A DNA stretch of 64,000 nt from a virus (lineage: Duplodnaviria > Caudoviricetes): positions 1-64,000 of IMG/VR virus record IMGVR_UViG_3300031813_000006; one strand, written 5' to 3'. Under the pieces are notes generated by a model, which was not told where the DNA came from, searched no databases, and saw nothing but the letters and a program-made list of their open reading frames with translations. The translations under genes were made by a program, and so were the position numbers. Position 1 is the first letter of the stretch; the number at the start of each line of letters is the position of its first letter. Positions 46,201-56,700 of the stretch are shown here, piece by piece.

Positions 46201-49200
46201 ATTTAAACTCTTCATCTTTTCAGAGAAAGGTCTAACAAGATCCACGGCGTTAGGTCTAACTAAACTACCAAAGTTAGATTTAAGAGATAGGATATTAGTC
46301 ATATCATCTATTAATGCATTCTCATAAGCTTTGCCATCATTACCGTTTAACCTAGCCACAGCATCTTCTAAATCTGCCTGTATAGGTTCCATCTCTTTAT
46401 CATATGCTTCATTCTCTAAATCAAATAGCTCACTCTTAAAGACTTTAAGATATTCTTTTCTATTCTGTTTAAAATCACTATCCAATTTAGCTTGTTTATT
46501 AATAGCTTCTATAAAGCCATCTTCTATCTTTTTGGCATATTCATAAGATCTCTTGTTATCTTTAAAACGTCCAACAATGTCATTATCATATTCACCTCTT
46601 GTTATTGCAGCAAATTCATTTTGAAGATATGCTATCTCAGTATTTAATTTAGTACTTTCTTCTTTGTAATCCTTTTTTAATTTATCAAAAAGAGCACGTT
46701 GGTCTGGTTCAAGATCTTTTACACCTGCTTTTTTTATAGATTTACTAACTTCATCATGCCATTCTCTAGATGCATTTAATTTTATTCTGATATCTCTGAT
46801 TGTATTTAATACCTCAGATTTAGATGCAATCTTTTCACCTGCTTTATATATCTTAACTTTATTTTCAATCCTATATAAATTAGGCATTAACGTAGTCATC
46901 TTATCCACGTCAAAGTCAGATCCTGATTTAGCAACAATTTCTGCTGGTGGAATAATGATATTACCAGAACTCTCAGGTAAGAAATGATGAATCTGCATGA
47001 ATTCCATAGCATTTAAACCCTGAACCGGGATACGTACCCCAACCATGGTTATCATCTTTCTGTTATCTTCTTTATCCAACCATTGTTCATTTTTAATCAA
47101 CTCATTTAAAGCATCCAATCTTTCTATACCTTTTTCTTTAGAAAGAACATACACGTCAGGATGGTTTAACAAGATTTTGAAATTGCCTTGCATTGATACT
47201 TTTACTTGTGCTGCTAAAACTGTTCTTCCGTCTGCACTCAATCTATAAGACAATAAATCATTGGTTGGAGAATACTTTTCTTTTTCTACATCCGTTGCAT
47301 TTTTCAACTTATCTTGCATGTGTTGCATAGATTCAAACCCTACTCCAGATACTTGAATAAGATTTTCACCAGTAACCTTTTGTCTAATAATTTTTTTATT
47401 TACAATAGCTGTTAAAAGTCTTTCTAACTTATCTGCATTCATAGATAAAGAAAGATCATTAACTAACTCTCTAGCCTCTTCATTATACTCAATAAAATCT
47501 TTTTCATGCTCTCCTAGATCTTGTCTATCAAGTTCTTTTTTCAAGAAAGCAATTAACTCTTTAGGATCTGCATTCTCTCCGCCTGCTTCTTCAAGTAATT
47601 GTTGTTTCTTAAACTCAGTTAATCTACTTAAATTAGACTCATATGATTGAATTAACTTCCAATTATCAGACTGATTAGCTTTTTCTTTATCACTTAATTT
47701 ATTCCATTCTTGTAATCTAGTATTATGATCTTTAAATTTTTTAGGTTTAAAGTCAGTAGGGATACCATTCTCCATTAAACCTTCTTCAATCAATTTTCTC
47801 AACTGTGTAGAGAAAATAGTGGTTCCTTTATATTTAGGTGCGGTATAAACCTGATTTTTAAAATACTTTAGAAATACATTATTATGTACAAAAGGATTAC
47901 TTGTAGTACTAAAGTCTGCTTGACGCGTTGTACTATGAGTACCTTGTTCATAAAAATTATCAGTTCTTCCTTTGTCTGTAAGAGTAGCCATTTTAGAACC
48001 TGATTTAAAAACAGTATAATCAACTCCTTCACGCATCATCTTATTATGCATTTGTTCTAATACAGTTCCTTTTATTAAATTAGGAATTAATGGCATTACC
48101 GCCATCTTATGCATAGCGTTTACACCTAAAGCTTGATCTCCATTATCTAATGGTCCCCAATATTGATACTTTTGTACAGGAAAGAATTCACTAACTTCAA
48201 GTGCAGAGACTGGTTTATCATTTATGATATCCTGAAACAACTGTTCTTGTTTTTCAGACCATTCACTGCGTAGTTTTAATAATGTTCTATAAGTATCAAA
48301 TGACATGTGAGCTTGAGCATTTGCTTCTTCCATGGCATAGTAATTCTTCTTCATTATATCATCTACCCTACTCTTTGCAGTTTTTCTAAAGGTTTCCTTA
48401 TCTTTTTCACTTGAATTATTATATGTAGGGTCTGCTTGTAATTTTTTTAACTCATCTTGATAAATTCCTTCAGCATACTCTTTATAATTAGCAGACTTAC
48501 TTTCTACATCATTTATAACAGCTGATGTCAATAAATGACTAAATTGTTTAATTAAATTAGGAACAAATCCTGCTACTCCTTTATTCTTTTCATTTTGTTT
48601 TGAAGCAAAAGGTCTTCCTAAAGTTTCATTAGCATACTTTAAAGCGGTTTCATCAATCCTATGATAAAGACCTGTTGCCATTACACCGGCGTTACGTTTA
48701 TTAAACTCTTCTTTCTCAATAACATATTGAGCAGGATCACCATACACCATAATAATTGATTCCATATGATGGATCCAAGAGTTAACAGTGTAACCTTTCA
48801 TGATTCTCTTTAAGATATCTTCTTTATCTAGTTTACTGAATTTATCTTTTAATTCTTCTCTAGCATTTCTTCTTAATTCAGTAATAAGATTATCAGCATA
48901 GAATTCAGATTTAGACATTATATCTAAATTAAGTTTAGTCTGATTATCAAAATACTTTGTTAACTCACTAGTTATAGCAGTCTTTAAAGCAATTGATTCA
49001 CTAGTTTTAGTAGCTAAATAATTAGTAAGAGGTATATCTAAAGCATACAATTTATCTTTAGTATCTTTACTCAAAACCTTATCAAAGATTACAAATTCCT
49101 GACCTCTTTTCATATAGTCAGTAACATTGTAGTCATCATTCTTAGTTTTTTCAGCTACCTTCATTCTATTGATTCTGACCAATTCACTGTTAACATACTT

Positions 49201-52200
49201 TAAAAGAAGAGCATGCATATTAGAATATGCGGCCTCAGGGGTAGCAATAAACCTATCATAATCAATATAGTATCTACCAGATGTACTACCTATTGAAAAA
49301 ATATGACTAAGTTTTTGAGTTACTGCGGTACTTTTATCAGCATGTTTAGAGTTTTCAATAGTCCCTCTCAATACACCACTATGGAATTCAGCAAGAAATT
49401 TAGAGAACTGATCCGCATCAGAAGATGTTACACCTTCTTTAGATCCTTCACCATCTTCCAATAACTGCATACCGGCAAGGTTTTCTAATAAAACCTTTAC
49501 TTTTGCTCTACCTTCATCAGTGTTTACTTCTCTCTTTTTACCACCGTTATCAAAATCAAAAATAGAATTTAACCAGATACTGTCTTTAATGAAAGGATTT
49601 TTGATAAACTTATAGTTCAACATATGAGGTAAAGAAACCAACTCTTGATAGGTATTTACAGAATTAATATCATTTACTAAATGGGTAAGTGTACTATTAA
49701 GAGTGTGTTCAAACTGTTGTTTACCTGCAGCATTGGTAGCCGCAAATGAAGCACCTTGTTCACCGTATCTACTTTGAATTTGTTGAAGTTCATTCCAAGT
49801 TTTAATTTCATTCTTTTCATCTTTTCCATCTGCTGATTTATAAGTCTTTTCAAAGATGTCTTCTAATGACTTTACAGTGTACTTACCATCTAGAATCTTC
49901 TGTAACTTGGCTTTAATAAAATTAGATCCAAATGCTTCAACCTCTTCTCTTAATTTCTTATTATTATCCATATACATCCCTAATGCATTATAAAACTCAT
50001 ATGAGTTGTTTATATGCGTAGGGAAGTCATTAAGAAGAGTTTTTATATCTAGTGTATTTACATTTGAAGAGTTTTTCTTTATGTATTTACTCTCAGGTAA
50101 TTTAGCAAAGTTGTTACTCCAGTTTCTTCCAATCATTTTGGATTCTCTAGAAGAGAAGCCCGGTTCTGCGTGAATTCTAGCAGTTGGTGTTCCAGTATCT
50201 AACATGTTAATGTTTAACTGAACTAACGGCATTCTAGATTTATTAAAGTCTTCAAAGAATTTATTCCACATAGTGAAGGCCGGTTCAGTAATACTATTAG
50301 CAGGACCAAGCTTACTAAGTAATTGAGTTACAATAGGAAACTCACCATTTTCATTTTCCTTTAATAACTTCTGTTCCATTTCTTCAGGAGAACGGGAACC
50401 TTCTAATATCTTAGTTAACTTATTCCAAATGGTAACAAAGTCAACTAATTTAGAAACACCTATTCTATTAGAAATAGTATGACCTTCTAAATTTATAGCA
50501 TGAAGACTTCTTATTAAATAAAGAGTTTCATCTGATGCCATTGAGGTTAATGATTGTTCATTACCTGCTTTACTACCAAGACTATCTGGAGTTTCTGCCT
50601 GATCAGCTTCTAAATCTGCAAAATACTTATCACTGAATGCCATGTACTTAGACATCTTCATATGATAATTCATTACACCTTTTCCATCAATTGTTCCACC
50701 TGGTTTGTTTACATCACCAAAGTTTTCAATAGCCCATTTTAAAGTATCTAACTTTCTTTGAATAGAAAGCTTTTCTAAAACATTAGTTTCTTTATGGTAT
50801 TGCTTAGTGTACTTAACGTTATAATAATTAAGCATTGCCTGAACAAACTTATAAGCTTCTGTTCTCTTTTTAGGATCAGATATTACTGAGGTAGTATTTT
50901 TAGTCCTACCAATAGACATATTCTTAAGTAGTCTCAGTTCTTCTCTTTCCTCTGCATTTAAAGGTTTAACTGTTTCACCATCAATGATAGTAGGTTTAAC
51001 AATTCTTTCTTGTTGTTGTAATTTAAGAAGTCTTAAGTAATCTTTATAACCACCTTGTACACCAGAATTCTTCCAGTCAATGTAATGAGAAAATAAAGAA
51101 TCCACGGTATCTACTAGTAAAGAAGAATCTTCATACTTAAGTGAAGGAGTAGGGTTAGCATCATCTAATGCTTCTACACCTTTATTAAGAACATCAAAAT
51201 TAGAATTAGCTTCACTGAAAGTGTATTTTTTTAAATCTCCTATACGTAAGTTTTCATATAAATCTCTTACGTTATTTATAGATTTAGCATCTGCTAAAGC
51301 ATCTTTTATAGATACACCTGTAAAAACTTGTTTTAAAAAGTTAGATATCTTTCTAAATAAAGAATTTCTTACAGGAGCACTCTTCTTTACATTAGATGAA
51401 AGCATGTAATTTCTAAAGTCTTCTGCTAAGTACTCTTCAAGTTCCATTGTAGTAGCTTCAGAAAACTTAACTACCCTTCCTCTGTAACTTCTAAAAGTTC
51501 CTGTTTGTTTTGAAACTTCTTTATATAGCTTAGTTTTCTCTTCACGTGTCAAAAACATCTGAGTAAATCCATGCCATGCTTCATGATAGATATCTGAATA
51601 ATCTGAACCCTTGTAAAGATTGATAGCATTTCCTACCCAGTTAGCAACACCATTTGGTTCATGAGTATTAACAGCATTGAATAATATATTCAATGTAAAA
51701 TGATGACGCAATGGAGAAGATTCATACCATTTCTTAGCATTTTCAAGTTGTTCAGGAGTAGCTTTAGCATCTAAATTTTTTGTACTTGCAAGTTTATTAA
51801 ACCCTGCAGCTGATAAAGCATCTAATAAATCTTGATCCGGCCCATCTATTGCTTTAGGAACTTCAGGTGTCTCAGGATCCAATTCTGTATCAACGTTTAA
51901 TTCTGGAACACCTGATTCCATATCAGTCAATACAGGTGAGAATTCAAAATGAGCATTAAGTGGGATTAACTCACCATTAGCATTAGGTTCATAATTAATG
52001 AAAGTGTTATCTGCTAAGAAACCTACAAGATTACCATCAGCATTTGATTTACTATACGGCATTGGTTTTTCTACCATTACATCTTTACCGTTTACTTTTG
52101 TAAAGCTAATGTCTTTAAACTCTGAAGAATGTAAATATGAAACAGCATCTATCTTTACAGCAGGACTCACCCACTTACTTACAGTTCCATCATTATTATA

Positions 52201-53721
52201 TTTCATAGCTCCGTTATATAAGCTATCTATTGAAACATCAGGACCAAATATTTTCTTACCTTTTTGCTCATATGATTTTACTTCAAGGGCATATTTATTA
52301 GTTAAGAATTTAACAATGTCTTCATAAGGTGGAATAAGATCCGGTTCTTCTTTAGTCCCGTTAAACTTATTGTTGATCCTTAAACTTATCTTATCATTTT
52401 TATAAGTAAAGTGAAAGGTTCCTGGTGAATTTTGATAAACACTATTAAGATATTCAAACTTTTCTAAATCAGATACAGGTACTAACTCACCATCAACTTC
52501 TTTATAAAGATCTTTTGTAGTAAGTAATGTAGCAATTTTATGAGCCAATTCTTGGCTAACTTCTTTTGGTCTTAAATGTATTGAACTATCTACACCTTTG
52601 ATTTTGAAAGAAGCCTGACTTTTAAATCCTTTACCCGCTCCTTTTTCAATAACTAAACTAAAAGGATCTTCAGGTTTAAACTTAATCTTACTAAGATTAG
52701 TCATAGTAGATTCAGATGATTTAAGATAACCTAGTGTACCACCTGTAATTACATTCCTAACTTGTTTTGTAGGGTTTTCTAAAATAAAGTTCTTGATTTT
52801 ATCTATAGATTCTATTTGCTTTCTACGTAATTCAGTAGCTTCAGCTGTTCCAATAGATTCACCTCTCTTATGAGATTCTCTGATAATTGCTTCAACAGAA
52901 CCAAAATGAGAAGGGTTATCACTGTTTCTAAAAAAGTAATGCATTAACTTACCTTGATTTGGAGATACAATTTCTCCTTTATCATTAAAGTATAGGAAGT
53001 TACCTCCCTTATCTGTCAAAACCATTTGAACCTTTTCACGCATGATTGGATGGCGTTGATTCTCTGGTATAGAATCTAAATGTACCGCAGTAAGATATAC
53101 ACCACCTTTTTGAACTCCTGGAATCTCTACAAAAGTGGAATCTTGATGTACAGGTAATGATTTCATCATATTGACAATCATCTTCTTTACATCATAATAT
53201 ATTTTTACTAAAGGATTAGGAATATTAGTTTCCATGTCCACGGCTTCCTGACCTATATCAGTAAAAGGATATACTGGTACCGCTACATCAATATCTCTAT
53301 TTAAATGAGGATAGTTTATAGCATCAGCCATTGCAAGAGTACCATCATTAATGGCATCTTTTAAATCTTCTTGCTCTTCTATTAAATTGTCTTTAGATTC
53401 TCCACTAAGTTGGTTTAATACATTAGTAGCTTTTTCAAAAGTATTACGCAACTTAACAATTGATTCATAATGAGGTGCTACATAATCTTGAAGATCTTTT
53501 ATTTTAGCTTGAACATCCAAAATTGCTTGTGGAATAGAACTAACATAAGATGATATTACTACCGGATCATTAAGTTTTGGGTTTTGAGAAAAATCATTCT
53601 TCAATGTAGATATGATAGTATCAATATTAAAAGGAACCTTTTTTTCAAGGTTCTCTTCTAACAATGCTTTAATATATTTTACAAGATTAATGTATTCTTT
53701 ACTACCGTTAGCACATGTCAT
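43273..53721 (-). CDS. Virion-packaged DNA-dependent RNA polymerase (crAss-like), fused to a zincin-like domain
   Basis: 3482 aa; RIPVQG..GSDFDVDK catalytic loop (46903-46917) as in phi14:2 gp66-type RNAPs; YHEAWH at about 51571-51585. Confidence 0.9.
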   Translation of the reverse strand: MTCANGSKEYINLVKYIKALLEENLEKKVPFNIDTIISTLKNDFSQNPKLNDPVVISSYVSSIPQAILDVQAKIKDLQDYVAPHYESIVKLRNTFEKATNVLNQLSGESKDNLIEEQEDLKDAINDGTLAMADAINYPHLNRDIDVAVPVYPFTDIGQEAVDMETNIPNPLVKIYYDVKKMIVNMMKSLPVHQDSTFVEIPGVQKGGVYLTAVHLDSIPENQRHPIMREKVQMVLTDKGGNFLYFNDKGEIVSPNQGKLMHYFFRNSDNPSHFGSVEAIIRESHKRGESIGTAEATELRRKQIESIDKIKNFILENPTKQVRNVITGGTLGYLKSSESTMTNLSKIKFKPEDPFSLVIEKGAGKGFKSQASFKIKGVDSSIHLRPKEVSQELAHKIATLLTTKDLYKEVDGELVPVSDLEKFEYLNSVYQNSPGTFHFTYKNDKISLRINNKFNGTKEEPDLIPPYEDIVKFLTNKYALEVKSYEQKGKKIFGPDVSIDSLYNGAMKYNNDGTVSKWVSPAVKIDAVSYLHSSEFKDISFTKVNGKDVMVEKPMPYSKSNADGNLVGFLADNTFINYEPNANGELIPLNAHFEFSPVLTDMESGVPELNVDTELDPETPEVPKAIDGPDQDLLDALSAAGFNKLASTKNLDAKATPEQLENAKKWYESSPLRHHFTLNILFNAVNTHEPNGVANWVGNAINLYKGSDYSDIYHEAWHGFTQMFLTREEKTKLYKEVSKQTGTFRSYRGRVVKFSEATTMELEEYLAEDFRNYMLSSNVKKSAPVRNSLFRKISNFLKQVFTGVSIKDALADAKSINNVRDLYENLRIGDLKKYTFSEANSNFDVLNKGVEALDDANPTPSLKYEDSSLLVDTVDSLFSHYIDWKNSGVQGGYKDYLRLLKLQQQERIVKPTIIDGETVKPLNAEEREELRLLKNMSIGRTKNTTSVISDPKKRTEAYKFVQAMLNYYNVKYTKQYHKETNVLEKLSIQRKLDTLKWAIENFGDVNKPGGTIDGKGVMNYHMKMSKYMAFSDKYFADLEADQAETPDSLGSKAGNEQSLTSMASDETLYLIRSLHAINLEGHTISNRIGVSKLVDFVTIWNKLTKILEGSRSPEEMEQKLLKENENGEFPIVTQLLSKLGPANSITEPAFTMWNKFFEDFNKSRMPLVQLNINMLDTGTPTARIHAEPGFSSRESKMIGRNWSNNFAKLPESKYIKKNSSNVNTLDIKTLLNDFPTHINNSYEFYNALGMYMDNNKKLREEVEAFGSNFIKAKLQKILDGKYTVKSLEDIFEKTYKSADGKDEKNEIKTWNELQQIQSRYGEQGASFAATNAAGKQQFEHTLNSTLTHLVNDINSVNTYQELVSLPHMLNYKFIKNPFIKDSIWLNSIFDFDNGGKKREVNTDEGRAKVKVLLENLAGMQLLEDGEGSKEGVTSSDADQFSKFLAEFHSGVLRGTIENSKHADKSTAVTQKLSHIFSIGSTSGRYYIDYDRFIATPEAAYSNMHALLLKYVNSELVRINRMKVAEKTKNDDYNVTDYMKRGQEFVIFDKVLSKDTKDKLYALDIPLTNYLATKTSESIALKTAITSELTKYFDNQTKLNLDIMSKSEFYADNLITELRRNAREELKDKFSKLDKEDILKRIMKGYTVNSWIHHMESIIMVYGDPAQYVIEKEEFNKRNAGVMATGLYHRIDETALKYANETLGRPFASKQNEKNKGVAGFVPNLIKQFSHLLTSAVINDVESKSANYKEYAEGIYQDELKKLQADPTYNNSSEKDKETFRKTAKSRVDDIMKKNYYAMEEANAQAHMSFDTYRTLLKLRSEWSEKQEQLFQDIINDKPVSALEVSEFFPVQKYQYWGPLDNGDQALGVNAMHKMAVMPLIPNLIKGTVLEQMHNKMMREGVDYTVFKSGSKMATLTDKGRTDNFYEQGTHSTTRQADFSTTSNPFVHNNVFLKYFKNQVYTAPKYKGTTIFSTQLRKLIEEGLMENGIPTDFKPKKFKDHNTRLQEWNKLSDKEKANQSDNWKLIQSYESNLSRLTEFKKQQLLEEAGGENADPKELIAFLKKELDRQDLGEHEKDFIEYNEEARELVNDLSLSMNADKLERLLTAIVNKKIIRQKVTGENLIQVSGVGFESMQHMQDKLKNATDVEKEKYSPTNDLLSYRLSADGRTVLAAQVKVSMQGNFKILLNHPDVYVLSKEKGIERLDALNELIKNEQWLDKEDNRKMITMVGVRIPVQGLNAMEFMQIHHFLPESSGNIIIPPAEIVAKSGSDFDVDKMTTLMPNLYRIENKVKIYKAGEKIASKSEVLNTIRDIRIKLNASREWHDEVSKSIKKAGVKDLEPDQRALFDKLKKDYKEESTKLNTEIAYLQNEFAAITRGEYDNDIVGRFKDNKRSYEYAKKIEDGFIEAINKQAKLDSDFKQNRKEYLKVFKSELFDLENEAYDKEMEPIQADLEDAVARLNGNDGKAYENALIDDMTNILSLKSNFGSLVRPNAVDLVRPFSEKMKSLNEPGMTKEKPSGTSIFEIGYNLAKHTANNVGKQILGILAVANTYHTLFKRIGMYMNPTFTQAGRKTSVTRHQRLLLNHNFLTLANGQKAISLSHTYDAKFQNKISDIINQLINGSVDVAKGAWIFDLHAEKEVLPTLNYMIEAGIPFEEAVLFVSQPLIREYVMEMKQGKSTFSTPLGKDPGNPNWFRVAARQYLLDKTNVLSKETLTDTKENFNKLMYDKIEENLQKYYDEPSNNAFTPETLQKNIEKYSALEDKSRYVASQDEIANFLHFLEIEDMSKVITEIKTKTNFDTKKSASIFDSISRDHLLAQLMTNDRVNRDLIESIITESPIASFKIGEYMKKLWQPFFKLRNSDIMNNYKLKLLGTKGFSKIVDDTFGDTEKFMSEFSNDFVSYIFQNEIRGVNLNAVTDYKGVKVENVALLKTGSFIKDGVLYIDKNALHQEFVANSAKTLEEVKFLYDKTRKLALCEPGTFSTEREFNAFALERAYLTSTLTPEKVATDPNFLKAINDVLKDSGAKKQANETQEEFDAKVKRIAFQFYIRDKALDNSFNAYKMFNGENSFADRFMEIKKLYPEFIKDYYIFQVMAQNMVKGSNHLYLTDSLLDATKINTLHENISELSNLTPDMMPDPGARELITDLFKMLPYYAFMQSGMNAKGRYALTRLIPTDGLMNMLKPVVNKYNKYLNESVLDSYYSEFVANNNYKTRMNSKFKDYMVPSSFESIVRSESLKNKGTIEDINESTSTTFVVKPTKDPLINTYHFDTINYSQVGIPLILEDPNNANRIFVYNTVAEGMPLSQVVNTDGDVRSAKTSNRIGIATKKAFPEGTKIEAVRDNEGKLVKNAKGTNVIKANYTGSEVMKNTLTDETYEQNIKAIDASIELLKKFKERGKIITFNSNGYGQGLIGRNPVTGEKIANSTEVGRQTFLYLSKQLLDNFNFRNKNYETLAEGTEELQKRQPVSDKDVLDFMIKFCGVL

Positions 53722-53736
53722 AGTGATATGTTTTAA

Positions 53737-56700
53737 TTACTTACAATTATCTTCTGGATCTACATCATTAAATATATCCATTTTGTTCTTTGGTTTCTCT
53801 GAATTAAGGATAGCATCTGTTACTGCAGGATCTTCTTGACTAGTCTTTTGAGCATTGGCATTACTTTGGTCAACAAGGTCTTGTTCCTCTTTTAACATCT
53901 CTAAATATTCAGGAGCTTCATAAGCTGAAAGGTACGCAATATCTTTTAAAGTTACAGTCTTTATTGAAACTTTATCTCTAGAATTATTGGGGTCTTTCAC
54001 TGATTGAACTATAATTTTATCACCTGTTACAGATACTACAAAAAACTTTTTATCACCTGTTGTTTTTAGATTTAAAGTAACAATTTTACCAGTAGTTAAA
54101 TTCTCTAAAGTAGGTGTAGATTTTAATCTATTTTGAGTTTCAGTAGCTAATTTAACAAGCATGTCATATTCTATTGAACCATTAAGTAAACCTGAAGTAT
54201 CAGAAGTTCTTAAATTTTCAAGTTCTTTCTCCATCAATTCTATATACTCTACAATATCATTTACCGCGTCAAACTTTTCTTGAAGAGATTTAGAAGGTAT
54301 TAACTTATTCATAATCAAGTTCTTAGTCTCAGATTCTTTAGCCAATACCTCATCTACATAATTATCAAAGAAAGTAATATCATCTATCTTATTTGCATCA
54401 TCAATAGCATCAAGTTCTTGATTTTTGAATTCTCTGTATTTACTAGGATCATCAAATTTTTCATTCATCAATAAGTTTTGATTTTTAGAAACCAATACTT
54501 TATCAACGTTATTCATGTATTTAGTAGAACCTATTAAAACAATATGACCTTGTTGTTTTAGTTCATTAAACTTAGCCATGATTTTATTTAATTCTTCTGG
54601 CGTAGGTCTTTGTTCTAATAATTCAGCATCTGTTTTATATTGATTATCAGGATGTTGTCTTAAAACTTCAATGATAATTTTATCACCATCTGTAACATTC
54701 TTCTGATCTAAAGCAAAGGTTGACTTACCGGTCCCTCCACTAGCATAGACTAATTTACCATGATAGTCTTCATGAACTTCTGCATGTACTTTATTTTCAG
54801 CAAATTGCAAAAATAACTTAGTAGTATCTTCTGTCCATTTTCCATTTGTTACTTTTAAAGCTTTTAAAGCTCTTACCACTTTACTATGAGCTATCATCAT
54901 AGTAGTAGATGATGCTAAATCAGCATCTCTAAAAGCATCTTCCATTCTTGCTGAATACTCATCAAAACTCTCTCCTCCAGGGACTTTTTGATCATGGTTT
55001 TTAATCCAATAAGCTTCATCAAAAGAACCATCAGTTTTTCCATCAAATTCACCAATATTCCAAGTAGCAAGATTAGGGTTTACTTGAGTTTCAACACCTG
55101 CATAATCAGCAGCTATCTTTGCAGTTTGAGTTGCACGTTGTACAGGAGAATGTTCTATTAAAGTTTTACCTGTACTTTGAGCATATACCCCTATTTTCTT
55201 AGCTTCATCTACACCCTCAGAAGTAAGATCAGTTGGTTTCTGACCATTCTCTAAACCTTGCGCGGTAGCTGTATCTATAGCATGAGGTACAACTGCAGTA
55301 TCTTTTACAAAGATGGCATCTACTTTATGGGCCCCTAAATCTTTCTCTTGTGTAATAAGTTTATTACCTTGTCCCAAACCATCTAAGTTAGCATCTGGAG
55401 CAACATATCCTTTAATAGTTGCTTCTGCCATAGAAGATTTCATAAAGACATTTACAAAACTTAGTAATTTAGAAATCTGTTCAGAATTTAAACCTGTTAA
55501 ATCTATTCTTAAATCTTCTGCTACAGAAGAATTCCAATTCCTAAAATCATTAATTAATGTGGTTTGTAATCCTTGTGGTAAAGAATCAAACGTAGCAGTA
55601 GTAATAACTAATGCATTTTTAGGTTTTACACCTGGAGGTAATGCAGAGTTTAATAAAGTAATAGCCTCATCTAATACTTTTGGATCTGCTGTACCTAATG
55701 TTCTACCAATCAAATCTCTAACAGCTTCTGCAAAAGGTTCCCAAAGGTTTTCTTTCTTAAGACCTTCCTGAATTTCATGACTATTTAAAATATTTTCAAG
55801 AAGTTCATCAGGATCTGTTTTAAAAATATCTGCAATTTTTGAAATCTCTTCTTTAAACTCAACATCTTCATAAAAAGATTCCTGAACAATTCTACTTAAA
55901 ATCTCATGCAGAATAACTACTTCAAGTGGTTGATTACCACCTTTATAATCTGAGGAACTATATCTAGCATCAATTACAGTTTGAAAAGTTCTCTCTGGAA
56001 ATGCTATTCCAGAACTTGGTTTTAATTCTACAGTTTCCCCTGCTTTACCACTCTCTTTAAAAAGAATTGAACTATTTGGACTTGTCAGAGTTAACAAACG
56101 TTGTGCTAATTGTTTTTCAGCAGGAGTAGAATGAATGCTAGTTATAATTTTCTTTAATACCTCTTGTGTAGGTAAGCTCTTATTATTTGTAAATTCAAAT
56201 TGTTTTTGAATTTGTTCATAAGTTCTTAAATCAGTACTTGTTTTTTTTCTAGTGGTTACTATTTGTGAATCAGGTAACTGAACAGGAGTAGGAGTAGAGA
56301 ATGGTTTAGGTTTTACACTAGGTAAACTGTTTCTTCTGATATCTAACAAGTCTAAGATCTTCTTCATTTTATTTGAAGTAGCTTCTACAGGTTTAAAAGT
56401 AGTACTGTCTAAAAAGTTAATAGGTTCTGTCTGTTCATTAATAAGCGCATCTGTATCTTCAGGACTAAGATATACACCTATGTTTCTTAACCCATTAATA
56501 AAGTCATTATTTACAGGTCTTTCTAAGAATTGCTTAAGAGCTTCTTTTTGTTTATCTTCTATAGTTTTTTGAGCTTCCTCTATACCGTTTTTTAGATTAT
56601 CAAAATGATGTTCTACAAAACCAGGGTCAGTAAGAATGTTAATTGCTTTAGCTGCAACACCATTATCTTTTTTCAAAGCATAATAGTCCTTTAATCCTAC

